Positions 23,578 through 36,948 of a stretch of DNA of 64,000 nt are shown here, piece by piece (positions within the stretch are counted from its first letter, which is position 1; every line of letters starts with the position of its first letter). Origin of the DNA: Takakia lepidozioides. Taxonomy: Eukaryota > Plantae > Bryophyta. The DNA lies in assembly GCA_030704615.1 (NCBI GenBank), contig CM060731.1, positions 5,146,001 through 5,210,000 of the forward strand, in the 5' to 3' direction. The translations under genes and the position numbers were made by a program. The notes beneath the pieces are model-generated. The model did no database searches. It saw only the letters and a program-made list of their open reading frames with translations, and was not told the DNA's origin.

Positions 23578-25125
23578 ATTCTAGTCATACTGGTCATGAC
23601 AATCATGGGGCAATTGGCATCTGGTCTGGGCTTCATGGCAGACCCTGAAGGACAGCTCACATATGCACAGAGGGTGGAAATGAACTTGTCTACCCTGTTT
23701 CACATTAGGGTGTTGGATAGTCTTGGGAATCCCAACCCATTGCATCCACAGGGATTTGAAGCCCAATGGGCTCGCCAAGAGTCACTGACTTGGTTCCTCA
23801 AATGCCCCTTATCTGATTTACAATTCGATCTAGCGGAATGGAGATGGATGGACAAAAAGAAATCCCCATTATTTTCCTACTCTGTCAAAAAGGGTTACAA
23901 CCTCACCAAACCGCCATGTTCTTTTGCAAGCAGATGGTCCGGCAAGTGGGGCATTGCAATTAAGCCAAAATACATGGAAGAAAATCTGGAAGGACATTTG
24001 GAGGAAGGATAGACCAGCAAAGCTCTCTAGCTTCTTGTGGAAGCTCACACATAGAATTCTGCCGGTCAGACAACGCACACATGAGGATAACCCATCCTGC
24101 ACCCTCTGTCTTGCTGAACCAGAATCCATTGAACATTGTTCGTTTTTCTGCAATCTATCTCGCAGGGTCTGGCATGAAGTCCTCTCGTTCTACTCTCACT
24201 GGGACTCCTTTCCTTCCCCCCCCCCCCCACCATCTCTGCTATTGCTCAACTTCATACCTGGCCAGCCTCAAAATGTTGCTCCAGTGTGGGCTGCTCTAAG
24301 GGCCCTCACTCTCTGGAACTTGTGGAAAAGCAGATGCTCCTGGGTTTATGAGGGGAAACCCCCCAGAGGCAGATCTGTATTATTTCATACTTATCATGAT
24401 CTGTTGACTGAGGGGAGAAAAGCCTGGTTTAATGTGTGTGCAGCTATTCCCAAAACTTCGGAGCAACGGGGGAGAAAGCCGTTTCAAGATTTCTACGACT
24501 CCTGGGGCAAAGGCAACATGCTCGGCACCGGTGCTTCCAACATGCGCTTTACGTGGAGACAATCCATCCCCACTCAATGGGAGGTCCCTTGGTGAGGGGG
24601 AGGATAATGACTTCAATTGGCGTCATAAGAAAGCAAGAGACCCCAAATTTAGAACTCAACTCAAGTTCTGATACCTGCAGCTCTGCTCAGATGGCCCAAC
24701 TCTCATCACCTCTCCATGCAACATTCGACCATCAACATTTCACAAATCTGGCAGCTGCGTTCTCGTCCAATACCACACGAACTGGAGCCTCAGTTCTCTG
24801 GAACCTTTCAGACTTTTAGATTTGCATAACTCTTCCCTACCTCTATCTCTACCTCCCGCATTATTCACCCTCAGCTTTAGCAACCCTCATCGGGGAGCAA
24901 CCTCCCCTCTACACTGATTCCAGAACTCCCTCCCCTCTAGTCTGAATCCAGAACTCTCTCTTTTCTCCCTCTGTTTAGCAAGTTCGCTAGGGTAACGGGG
25001 AAGTTCCCCCTCAGTTAGCCTCCATGGCCTCCCTTGGTGGTTATTTTTTCCACCTTTGTGACACTCTTTTAATTAATTTGACTAAAAGGGCCTCTAACCC
25101 CCTTTGTCTTAAAAAAAAAAAAAAA
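23578..25125 (+). mobile_element. L1-type LINE 3' part (ORF2 zf-RVT region, 3' UTR, poly(A))
   Basis: WKDIW...PAKLSSFLWKLTHRILP...CTLCLAEPESIEHCSFFC..SRRVW...LWNLWKSR; A15 tail at 25111-25125. Confidence 0.9.
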
Positions 25126-25959
25126 CATATCTTTATCATATTATTAAATTATGTAATTATAAGTGATAATAGAAAGAGAGAAAGATGAAGATTTCCAATG
25201 CGGAAGCAAACATATTTTAGAGATGCTGTCACTTGACCCAATGACTATTACCTTCCGTACTATCTAGAGATGAATACCTTCTAATGACCGTAAGGTGGGC
25301 AATGCAGTTCATCCCTATGTACCAGTCATAAAATAACCAGCTGACCCAATTACTCCTTATTACAGCTATAATGGATGACATCCACCATACATCTATGTGA
25401 CTTTGAACCCACAAGCACTTGACCATCATGTTTAAAAAAAAAAAAAAACCTTGAATGACATCCTAATTCTGGCACCTTTCTGGCATAATCCCCTTTGATA
25501 TGTTTTACCTGCTATAATTGATGTTTATTGGTTGACAGATTTGATGACTGGTTTTGTTGACATGTTCTGGAATTTTTTTTAATCTTCAACAAATTGTCAG
25601 AGAATAATTCTTTTTTGAAATAATAATAGGTGGACATGGATGTCCAAATATCCTGATTTTGAGGATGATGTTACCATTTAGTGGTCCTCATTTGGGAGAG
25701 CTATTTCATGAGTTCTCACATGTAAAATTAACCTGACCTGACCTGTTTCTCTCGAATGAGTGGCCTCAGGGCATCCTCACTGCTGACCTAGCAGGGGCTC
25801 CACAAGAAATCAACAGGGAGGCTACAGGCAGTACCATTGCAGCTGAGCTGGCCTCGGAACTCAACCCTGGGGTCTGAGGGAGTGTTCTATAATCGTGAGT
25901 CGTACAACAATCCTCGGGTTGTTCACACCACTCGATTCATTGGACTTGTGGTTGACAAT

Positions 25960-26705
25960 GGGAAGAAGCAACTTTTCCCAGAACTTCAGAACAGCGGGGG
26001 AGGCAGCTGCTTCAAGCTTTCAAGCACACTTGGGGCAAAAACAACTTGCTCGGCACCAATGTTACCGACACAAACTTTACCTAGAATGTCACCATCCCCT
26101 CACAATGGGAAGTCCCCTGGTGAGGGGGATGACACCGAATTCAACTGGCGCTACAAGAAGCCAAGAGACAACAAATCAAGGACTGAGCTCAAATTCTGAT
26201 TCCTATCTGCTATTCCACGATCTCTAGGGGACACAATGCGTCATCGATAAATCAATCCGGTAGTAACAACCATGCACCTTCTGGATGTGGCGGCTTTAAG
26301 GCTTGCTTACTCCCCGGAGGGCCTGTGCCGGCTTCAGCTCCAGCCTCTCCTCTAGCTCGCCTCTCTATAGAGCGCTCCTTCACATACCTCTTATCTCTCT
26401 AGTTCTATTCCGTTGTTAGTTTTTCTCACTTGGCCTGCAGACCTTCTGATGTTTTCTTGGGCAGTCCTTAATAGTCTCCCATCGCCATTTCTTCTTCACT
26501 CTCTCCCACTGTTTCTCTTCTTGCATCCCCTGCTCCCTTACTTGTTCAGTAGCTTGTTTGCTAAGGTTCCGGGGTGGTTTCCCCTCAGTAAGCCTTCACG
26601 GCCTCCCTAGTGGTTATTTTTTCCACTTCTGTGTACTTTTTCTTATTAATTTGATTAAATGGGCCTCTGTTCCCATTCCAAGAAAAATAAAATAAAAAAA
26701 ACAAT
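25960..26705 (+). mobile_element. Second, 5'-truncated copy of a related LINE 3' end
   Basis: Colinear similarity to 24445-25125 (TGGGGCAAA..CAAC.TGCTCGGCACC, CCCTCAGT.AGCCT.CA.GGCCTCCCT.GTGGTTATTTTT) and an A-rich tail near 26682-26710. Confidence 0.8.
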
Positions 26706-28328
26706 AAAATAACAGTTCTGTTAGTGTTCTTGTTAAACCCTGCAGAGAGTTCAGATATTAGTAGTGCCTTAAATATGGTAGGAGGGTGGTTGTGATCAAA
26801 TTAGATGACACCCATGTAGCAAAAGCACCATAATAAGAGCCACATTTACTAAGTTATGCCCTACAGAACTACAAATACATACAATGGTTAGATGCTTAAA
26901 CCTGAAGAGCGCGGCTGAAAAAAGTATGACGCCTCCCCAAGGAAGCATAATTTGGAGGCTCTTGACTCTTGACCCCCAAGGGCTAGGGCCTTCCAGTTGG
27001 AAAGTGTACACCTTATGAGATCGAACAATTTATTGACTGCTCTCACATATCAAAATTCTAGATGTAGTATCCTACACTACTGGGCTATTTGGTAGGTGTG
27101 GTGCTAGCGAATTTTCTGGAATTCGGCACTCATCAAATAATCGACATGTTAATGGTTTTGGCTTGGCAGAAGCAGCCCGAAATATTAGCCTAGCCAGTCG
27201 CATTTGTCTTTTTTTATGAAAACAGTTTCATGTAAATTACGGTAGCAGTTTTTAAAACAATATCTGTTCTTCCAGTTGCTTGTGTTTTCTGCACCTTCGG
27301 TCACCGGGCGATACCGCCTTTATGGCCTTTGCAGGGTTATTTTTCCCCTGTCTCCTTTTTAATTTGATTCATCAGGACTTCCGTCCCCTTTTATTTTTTA
27401 CTTTCCATCCCCTGGCAGGCTCTCCGCGCCACACTCCACCGCGTCCCCCGAGTTTGATCGTGGCATAAATTGGAAACATCTCAGGGATTCTACAAAAAGC
27501 CTCGCGGCTTCATTATAGATAAATGTTATGTAGCCAAAGTCAAACGCTTTATTTTCTAAGCCTATGCTAGCTCTGATTTAGCTTCGTGTAAAAGCATAGG
27601 TGTCTCTAGTAGTTTTGCAGGAATTTGGGACTGTGTCCCGGTATGGTCTCCCTCCCTTCTCAAGGGGTCAAGTTCGTTTGCTCACTGACTATGGTGTGTG
27701 TGCCTTATGGTGTAATAGGGGTTTTAATTTTTTTCCCAAAATAACTCCAAATAAAGTTTCCAGGGGCCACTTTCCCCTGTTCTTAAAAACAATTATAAAA
27801 AAAAAATATCCTCAATAGCCTGGTAGCGTACCATAGTATTACAAGTCATAAATGCATACGTAGCTACCGTCTAACATTCCCTTTTCATGGGCAGCTATAG
27901 GTATCTTGAAAAAGGAGCTGTTGACGCATTAACCAACTCTCTTCATCCACGAATGGATGACGCATCCACGGCTGGTGGCGCAGAAAGCCAACACGTGGCT
28001 CCACGACCGGCGAGGAAGCCGTTCCGGTCACGATATTTTTACAGGCTGCGACCCCCCGGATTGATGGGCAGCGTGGCACGCTCTCACTGGCCTGCCGCCC
28101 ACGTCCTTTTTGCCGGATGTCTCTCACATGCACATCCATCCACGCTAACACTTTCCAGCACATACTTCGTATACTTATACATATATACACATATACAGAC
28201 GGCCCTACCTACGGTCGTTAGGTGGTACCTACTCTTATACCCTGGGCCCTGGTATCTACGGAGGGTGACCGGACAACCCAGTCGAGGTGATCAGCTCAAC
28301 CTTTTCTTTTCACCGTTGGAATGGAGGG

Positions 28329-28776
28329 TGCAGTAAAGTCGATCCCAGTATCGAGAGATGAGGCTCGCAACAAAGGACGCTTCGCTCAACAAATATCCTT
28401 CACAAACATACTTTACACTTTCCTGCTGAGCTCATCCTAACCTCATACCCTGCAAGCCATTAAGATGAACATCTTCCTCTTCATCAATCTTTGTAGTCTT
28501 CTATCTCAAGACCCTACAACTTCAGCTCTATCCTCGCTCTATCCTCAAAACTTCAAGAAATTGCAAGTTAGATCCCCTAGAGCTGAAGCTATATGCTAGC
28601 TTAGAGAAGTTCTTATGCTACCCTTTTTGGCCTCCTCCACTTGAGCCAGTGGCATGAGCAAGCCAAGTCTTATATGGCCATCAACCAACCCCCAATACCA
28701 AGTCTAAGGGCCGACAGTGTTAACTAGCTGCACATTAAACCCCCCAAGACTGATACTGCAATTCCCCCCGCCTCTC
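28329..28776 (-). mobile_element. Isolated LTR (432 bp, 28329-28760) with adjacent polypurine tract
   Basis: Perfect 7-bp inverted termini TGCAGTA...TACTGCA. Minus-strand GAGAGGCGGGGGGAAT lies immediately before the LTR start. No partner LTR or TSD seen. Confidence 0.6.
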
Positions 28777-30132
28777 ATGAATCCTTAGACTTCGTGTCTC
28801 TCGCTCATCAAAGGGGCTCAACAAACTGGGAATCTCTGTTAGCAGCAGCTCAGGACTGTCTCCATTCCTGTTTCAGATTCAAAAGATCAATTGTCCTAGC
28901 AACTGGTACTAGCATTGATATAAACCGTCAGCTCTGGGCTATGCTGATAAACCATCATCTCATTGTTTTGTGTAATGTGACCTCATGCAACACTGTTACA
29001 ATTCCATCTGGAGTCAAAATGCTTGCCCAGATCGTCAGGACTGATGAGATATTTCAGCTTTCTGGGAAATCAATTCATGAACTACGTATAAATTTCGGCT
29101 CGTCGATCAACGAATATGTATACAGTAGCGTATACATAGTAGACATTGGTACTCGTAGACCAGCAGGAGCGGACAAGATAGGGGCACGTGTCGGTGGAAG
29201 AGTTGCAGAGAAGATCCTGTGGAAAGAGGCAACCGGTCAGCCCTGAAAGGACAACTCATGATTGCCGGTGGACGGGTCGTAGATGGCGAAGTAGGTGTGG
29301 GACGTGGGCGACTTGGGAAGTCGGCGATGGCGGCCCCCGCAGCTCATCTCTCGGGGTTTGCTTTCGCTGCCTTGTCTGCACCTGCCTCCCCCTCGCCTTC
29401 TTCCAGCCATAGCCGGCCCGCTCCTGTACTGTGCTGGGCCTACTACCCACGAAGAGAGAGAGAGAGAGATTAGTTGCAGGGTGGAAGGGGGGAGGAGAGA
29501 TTAGGTGACGTTTGAGGGGAGAGGGCAGATGTCAATTGTTGCGGTAAAATCCTTTGTAGATTTGAATTATTGGGTCCAGGTGAAAGTACAGGCTCTGATG
29601 TAGTCTGAAGAGCGTTCGACTTTCCTCCTGAAACCGCGGCTGTTGTAGAGTCCGTGCCCTATCATAAACTGCTGAAATTCTCCGCTACTACAATCGACTT
29701 CCCTACTCCTTCTGGAATCTGGACATAGTCGTATGAATTCATCGGACTGCATCTTCTCATCAAATCAGCCTGGGTCGTCAGAACTAAATCCACTACAATT
29801 CACTATCGCGTCTGCAATTGGACACTTTTTTTGTGGGGTCTAGTATAGCACAACTAAATCCTCTCAAATACAGGCGGGAGTAATCCTAGCTCCACATACG
29901 ATCTATGTTAATCACGGTCGTGCTGGTCATCGTTCGCTCCATTTTCCAGATTCTGGACAGCTGGACTCCTTCGAGTGTGTAAATTCTGATCCAAGATATA
30001 GTGTAGTAGTCTTAGCCAGTGCCGTTTGGAATATTTGTGCTCGCTTTGTGGATCAGTTGCACGAGAGGTTTTGACTGTCAACACACAGTACACACGCACC
30101 AACGGTAAAAAGGAGTTGAATATTTCTGGGAG

Positions 30133-33100
30133 ATGGTGATCATGGCGGCAGCAGGCGGGCCAGTAGCACAGCTGCACTTACCACCAGGTTTTCGGTTCCA
30201 CCCGACAGATGAGGAGCTAGTACTGCAATACTTGTGTCGGAAGGCAGATTCGGAAGTGTTTGCGATTCCTGTCATCGCCGAAATTGACCTCTACAAGTTC
30301 GATCCTTGGGAACTCCCTGGTATGAATTTATACCGTACTTTTAACAAAAGATTCGTAATCGAAGGTAAGAATTTTATCTATCAAATCTGCGTGGTGGCTA
30401 CAGGTTTATGAAAACCCTACGTACGGTCGATTCAATACTGTGAAATTCAGCAGGGTCAATTCCGGTCTGCAAGATGGACAACTAAAATGGATGAGTTGTG
30501 GTCTCGTATTGTCGGAAAGAAGTGGAAGTTCACAAATGACACATATATTTGCATGCTATTTACCAAGACAAGCTGCTGCGCACCACGAGCCCGTGCACTC
30601 TAAAACCACATGCAGGAAGGAGCTAAATACGTCGCGGATATGTATGGACCAGTATTGAAATACTCCAGCTTGTGTCTTACTTTCAGGAAAGGCACTTTTT
30701 GGGGAGCGTGAGTGGTACTTCTTCAGTCCAAGAGACAGAAAATATCCAAATGGTGCTCGCCCCAACAGGGCCGCAGCCTCTGGTTATTGGAAAGCAACTG
30801 GAACCGACAAACCTATTCACACATCAATTGGCTCAGGGTTTCGTAAGATTGGAGTGAAAAAAGCTCTAGTGTTTTACAAAGGTCGTGCACCCAAAGGAGT
30901 GAAGACCAACTGGATAATGCACGAATACCGCTTGGTAGACGGAATTTGCTCAGCTTCGCATGTTCACAGAAAGGGCTCTTTAAGGGTACGGTTTATATCT
31001 CTCTCATCCCTCAATTTTTCTCCCTCTCTCTTTCTCTATATATTGTCCTTCGTCCTGTGATGTATTTTTGCCAAAGAGGACGGCAAGTTGCTCACAAGTT
31101 GTGACCTATTTTCCGCTGCTTACATTCCGGCTTGTATCACTCACAGAACTTTAATAGACTTTTAAGAGTCACCATGCTAGTGCTCCTATATTCACTCATC
31201 GTTGAATTTTAAACACTCAGGGTACAGATGAGTTACTGTGTTACAGAATCGACCCAGATTAAGATGGTTCTAGTGGTCCATGCGACTTTTCACAAAATCA
31301 AGTGTCATAGTGGTTGCCTTCAAGTACGACCACAGATATCTAATATCTGCACCTATAGGCTTCTTCAAGACAATGTACAGCTAACAGTATAACATGTGAG
31401 TAATTACCGGTCGCAGGGACACAACGTCGAGGAGTGATATTCAATGTGATCGCTAGCGAGAGCATATTTACGTTGCAAAATTCAATGGCATACAGGAGAT
31501 GGGAAATCCAAATTGTTTGACATGCGTGAGCTAGGAATCTCTTTAGAATACGGTGCACAGCTGACGTTAAGGATGTGATATCCTGAACTGACTAGTGGAC
31601 TATGGTTTGATCTTCGACCGTCTATATATAGTCTGGTAGGCCTGGGATACCAATCAGGTCTCCTCTCTCTTTCCAGAAGAAATGCTGTGCAGTGCTGGAG
31701 CCTGAAGGTGCACTGCCAAGTAAATGCAGTTCACAATTTGCAATTTATTATGATGAAAAACAAGACTGGATGCTGACGTGCCTCCGAAATGGTTATGTTT
31801 CTAATACACATCGGTATTGGAGCTGCAGCTCGATGACTGGGTGCTGTGCCGCATATACAAGAAGAGTACTAGTGCGCAACGTGCTGGGAAGGAGAAAGAC
31901 AACTCGGCCTGCGTGGAAGAGGTATGTGATCTCATAGCTAATTGAACTCAGCTAATTATTCTAATTTCTCTGCCAAGTATGATGATCTACTTGCTCTCTT
32001 CTCCGAGGGACTGCCTCGTGACTGCGTCTGTATTCTCCACTCATTTCGAGCGTGAATTCTTACCAATCTACTCATATGTTCGCCCTGTGCGTCATTAGTA
32101 AAACGCGCAGCTTCTTCACTTAGCACCTTTAAGAGGATATAGTTATCACATGTTGCAACTATCAACGTCAGACGTTCACTGTCACCTCAAGAGGTAAGAA
32201 CGTCCAGGTAGCCCTTTCGATCTTAATATGAACTAATTCACATAGACCCAGTTTAAGTATTATACTTCTGCCTATAGTAATGGCCCCAGATCAACTTATA
32301 ATGATCCAGTGCACACATGATAGGTGAAGCAAAGCCCGCTCGATCTATAGCTGCATCTAAAATCCAAAGTTTCATTTTGTACAGCCTTCACAGACCGTCG
32401 TATACCTTTTGAACAGGTATCCCAATGTAGTATATTATCAGTACAATTGGTGGCTCTCAAGGATCCATCAGTAAATGCAACCACAGTTAGTTTGTGAGAG
32501 TCGAGACAGTTCTAGTTCATGAATTTCTGACTAATTGATTCTGATCTGCATCAAGATTTGGGTTTTATTAGATATCACAGATTGAAATTATTCAATCGTG
32601 TAGGCAATGTTATCAAGATTGTCTTACAAATAGATCGAATGAAGGGCTTTGGGCTTTAACATCATGCGGTCTGTGACCTGGAATAGTAGTACATGTATGT
32701 CGATTAACGTGTTGGTCTAGGCTAAGAATTTTTCGATTCCTAGTAGGAGTTGGAGACATATTCTGAGAATACTCCTTTAAGTAAGATCGTACATAACTAG
32801 TCAACAGTATCTCGGAGTGATCGGTTGTAGAACCCTTGAACTTTGTATACTTAACTGGCCGCATGCGGGTTACCTTTGAATAGAAGACCAGCTCATCCCA
32901 CTTTCTTCGGATAATTTCCTTTCACATGTGATCATTGAAAACTGCAATGGTTTGCATCAAATTAGTCCCTCTAGCATGGGTTGAAAATTTTGGATCATAC
33001 ACTATCTAGGCCGTACGTAGTGATATGCTAGAACATCTGTCCTCACAAGCAAATTCCTGAAAACGAAAGGCTACTTAAGACATACACAGGCTCCATGAGA

Positions 33101-33863
33101 TCGGATCCCGAAATGGGTTATGGTGAGATCTCCCCACAGATTCCAGTGAGACGCAAATTAGTCATAGTTGTAAAACATTCAAGCGTAGAAATTGACTTAT
33201 AGATGTTGGTACATTGGGCGCATTGGACAGGGTGTGGCACCTTTACCAGTAGTCGAGGACTCCAAACTACTGTTACCGCGCCTTGGCTCCTTCAGCGGTC
33301 TCCTTGAAAGCGATGCAGAGCAGTTGCTGGACAGTTTTCTCGATCCAGCCCCTGAGAATGCTAGTCCCAGCTCTCCACATGACTTGAAGAAACATATTGA
33401 GCTTCTACACTCGTCAAAGTGGAAGGACAACTCGCCAAGACCTGCAAAGTCGGCGACCTTTGGACAAGGGAGGGATCCCCCGGCTGTTCAGCTGGCCTCT
33501 GCGTGGAGACATCTCCGTCCGCCGGACAGAACGTCCGACTTGCAGGACATCCTACCCGGTAATCGGATCCCTAATTTATTTAGCAGTTTAACTTACCGTC
33601 CGACGGATAATTCGGTGTTTTCGACGGGAAATTCAATTTCAGACCAAAGCACTTCTCGTTCGTCCCAACTGAGCTTCTCTGGCAGCAGAAACAACGAAAC
33701 TCTGGAATCGGTAGCATTTTCTTCGTTAAACTTCGTCCCTCAAACGCCAAGGACGACAGGAAGTGAACTTCCGTCGGCATCAGTCGGCACTAATAGTTTG
33801 GGGTTTTTATCACCAGGTCAATACTTGAGTCGGCGACCACCTAACTACCCCTTCAGTAGATAG
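30133..33863 (+). CDS. NAC transcription factor, ATAF/NAP (stress-NAC)-like; join(30133..30319,30687..30985,31829..31921,33231..33863), ~403 aa
   Basis: [76 protein letters not shown]|[12 protein letters not shown]. All introns are GT-AG with consistent phases. Confidence 0.95.
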
Positions 33864-36800
33864 ACATCTAGACGCCATGGATTAGATGGACCCTTGATCA
33901 AATACAAGCTCTCACTTGGAGCTGATGTCTTAGAGTGGGTCGGTTACACTTAATTGTATATTACTTTAGCACTCAGACAGAATGTGCTGCTCTCGAAGGA
34001 GATCAACCTAGATCCCCAGGAATGATCAGCTGCATTATACAGAAATTGTGGTTGAACAGAAGCTCCAGCCTCCATTATGAACAAAGAGTTGAGCAGGGAT
34101 TGTATGCACATAGTAGACACAGATCAAGTTATGTGCTCGACAGCAGCTCTTCAAATTGTGAGACCAAAACCTACTTGATCAATTGCTAAGTAGATTTGAT
34201 ACTTGAAAATAGCGCTCAAGTGGGCAAGAGACCGTTTCGAGATCAGCTTAAGAGGTCCTACTGATCACCCAGGACTGATAAGTTTTTGCACAGAAGTTAT
34301 TATGTTGGGCCCCATTCTTCTTATATTCAATAGATAGTATTGTACATAAGGAATGCTGCACGATGCATTAGGTTGGTTTTTCCTGAACAATAACGGTACC
34401 TTGCAGATTCGCTACTGACATGAACAGAATATGCTATAGCTGCAGTAAAGCTTTTGTCCCAAATTACTAAAGCAGGATTTTCCAGCGTTCTAATTACTGG
34501 AGTCATACGTCTAACTACAGAGGAAGGAATGTAGCAACGAAAAACTTGATATAAATCGTCATCCTCAAGACATGAAATCAGACAAGAAACACAAGCTATT
34601 ATTAAAGCATTACTGTTGGAATTCAAACAGTAAAGAAAGACTTCATACTTAGCAGAGCATACTTAGCTGCAGGCTGACACACCCTTTTGGGGCAACTTCC
34701 TTCACAAATTGCACTGAGATATAATTTCAGAATTAAAATATTTCTTATCCATCTGGTTTAGAATTTGTTGATCGATGCAGTGAGCGTCGATACCCGTGCA
34801 ACAGCTATCTCATGAGAAATGTTTACTAGCTTAATTACCAGCTTTTTCGTCAAGTCTCCAGACTTAGATTAAACTACCTGGTGTGACGTAGTAAGCCACT
34901 CCCAAGCCGCTAAACGCTTATAAACTAGTGTGCAGTCAAGGAAAAATTTAAGCAGTAAAGGGTCCTACCAACCTTGAGACAGGTGCTTAAATAATCCTAC
35001 GAAATAGCTGGCCAACTGCGCCAAGTAGTGTAATGTCACAGGTTTTTCTATGTCACCTTTCTAATACATCTTCACAGTGACACGCTCTCTCCAGCAAAAG
35101 GGTGTCATACAGTCTTCCAAGAGAGAAGAGCAACAACACACCGAGCAACACACACACACATACATACACAATGTACTCATGCTGTTCCTTGTGAATGTTG
35201 CATTGCCATAGCCTTACGGCCTTTAACCCCACAGGAAACTAACCCTCCTGGAGCCTTTTGTGGGGTTCCTGATCTGCAAGTCATATTTACAGCGACCAAG
35301 TTACCATATGGATCCTGCACATGCAAAGGATGCTTCACTTAGGTTGCTACACCCCTATACAATGGAGCTCCGTTGGGCTATGCAGATTCTAGGTGCGTTC
35401 CCATTGAACTCATCTGAGAGAGCCAAAACCACGCAGCTGTTTTGGTATTTTGAGATGATTTCAATAAGTTGCATTTTTTTAAAATTTTGGGCTACAGATA
35501 TGGCATACAATGAACTGATTGACAAACAAAGATCGTGATAGCTACTAGTTTTAATGTTTTACATTAGACCTTTGAAATTGAAATTCTCAAGACTTGTCCC
35601 ACATCGCCAAAAGATGATGAACAGATAATCCCCACGATATCCATTCAGCCATTCAATTAAACATACCCCATTATGGATGTGACAGTGAACGCACAAGAAA
35701 ACCCCAGCCATGCTGCAAATTTTCAAATTTCTCTTCACTAGATGCTGTCGCAATTTGCAGGATCAAAATCTTGTTACATAAGGTATTATGTTCATCAAAT
35801 TTGTGTTAAGTTAGACCCAAGAATGTGGGAATCTTACACAAGCGGCCCCTAGTTTCAACCATTTCAATGTTGAAAGCCCGCTGCAGGCGTTCACTTCAGG
35901 GTTTAGAGTGCATTTCCAGCATCACGAGAAGCGGAAACCGGGTGGAGAATGAAATAGGTGAAAGAGCATGCTTTACTGCAAGCATGGAGTATGCTGTATC
36001 CTCCAAGAACACCTACTTACACATTGCGTCACAATCTGAAACCCGGAGCTCTAGATCTAATAAGGTGCTACAAGATATATACTAGAATACCTGGAAATCA
36101 ATGTAAATTATGATAAATGGAAACCAATGACACAGTGCCCACTTCTGGATCATCTGAGCTAAACTAGCTAGCTAAGTGAAGTAATGGGTATGCTCCACAA
36201 GAAGAGAGAAGACTCCGGCCGGGCCGGAGTAACTAAGAGCCACTTCACCTTTCGGCTACCGCCCCTTGTTCTTAACAAGAATATTAGAGGCTGCAATAGT
36301 GTATATTGAGCCTGATTAGTGGCTAAGTGGCCTAGAGTATGTAACATAGAACTTCAGCATTTCAATCTTGGGCGACACCCTACTTTACCTTACCTTGTTT
36401 TGAAAAGACAACAAATGCACCTGGTTGAATGGTTTGTACACATGGGACCCTAACAGATGAGTCGGCTAAATGAACCTCTAACTAACGCTTGTGGAGATTG
36501 GATCTTTGAATGTCAGAATTTTAACAAGATATGTACAATATGTAGTGTAGGGCACTAGCCTTCCCAGCTGTGAGCAGCAGGAACCTGCAATGTCAGGCAC
36601 GCTTGAATCGATCCTTGCGGTCACGAGTTGCTTGCAAGTATCGAAAGCCAACATCATCCATCCAGCTCCATGAAGACGTGTTGCCAGTCCACCTTCATGT
36701 GCAGACCCCTTGAAGCTCAAGTGATATACACAGTAGCTAGACATGCAGGTCTGCTTCCAGGGAAGTCCATAACGCCAGGCAGCTGACTTCTTCAAAATTA

Positions 36801-36948
36801 CCTTCCGATAACTGAAATTCAACGTCCATTACAAGCACTTGATCGCAGGCGGAGAGGGACCTAGGTAAGCGTTGAACTTCCGTTCAAATCAGGGTGATTT
36901 GTGGGTATATGTGTACAGTATGTACATACATATGTTGTGTAGGCCACC

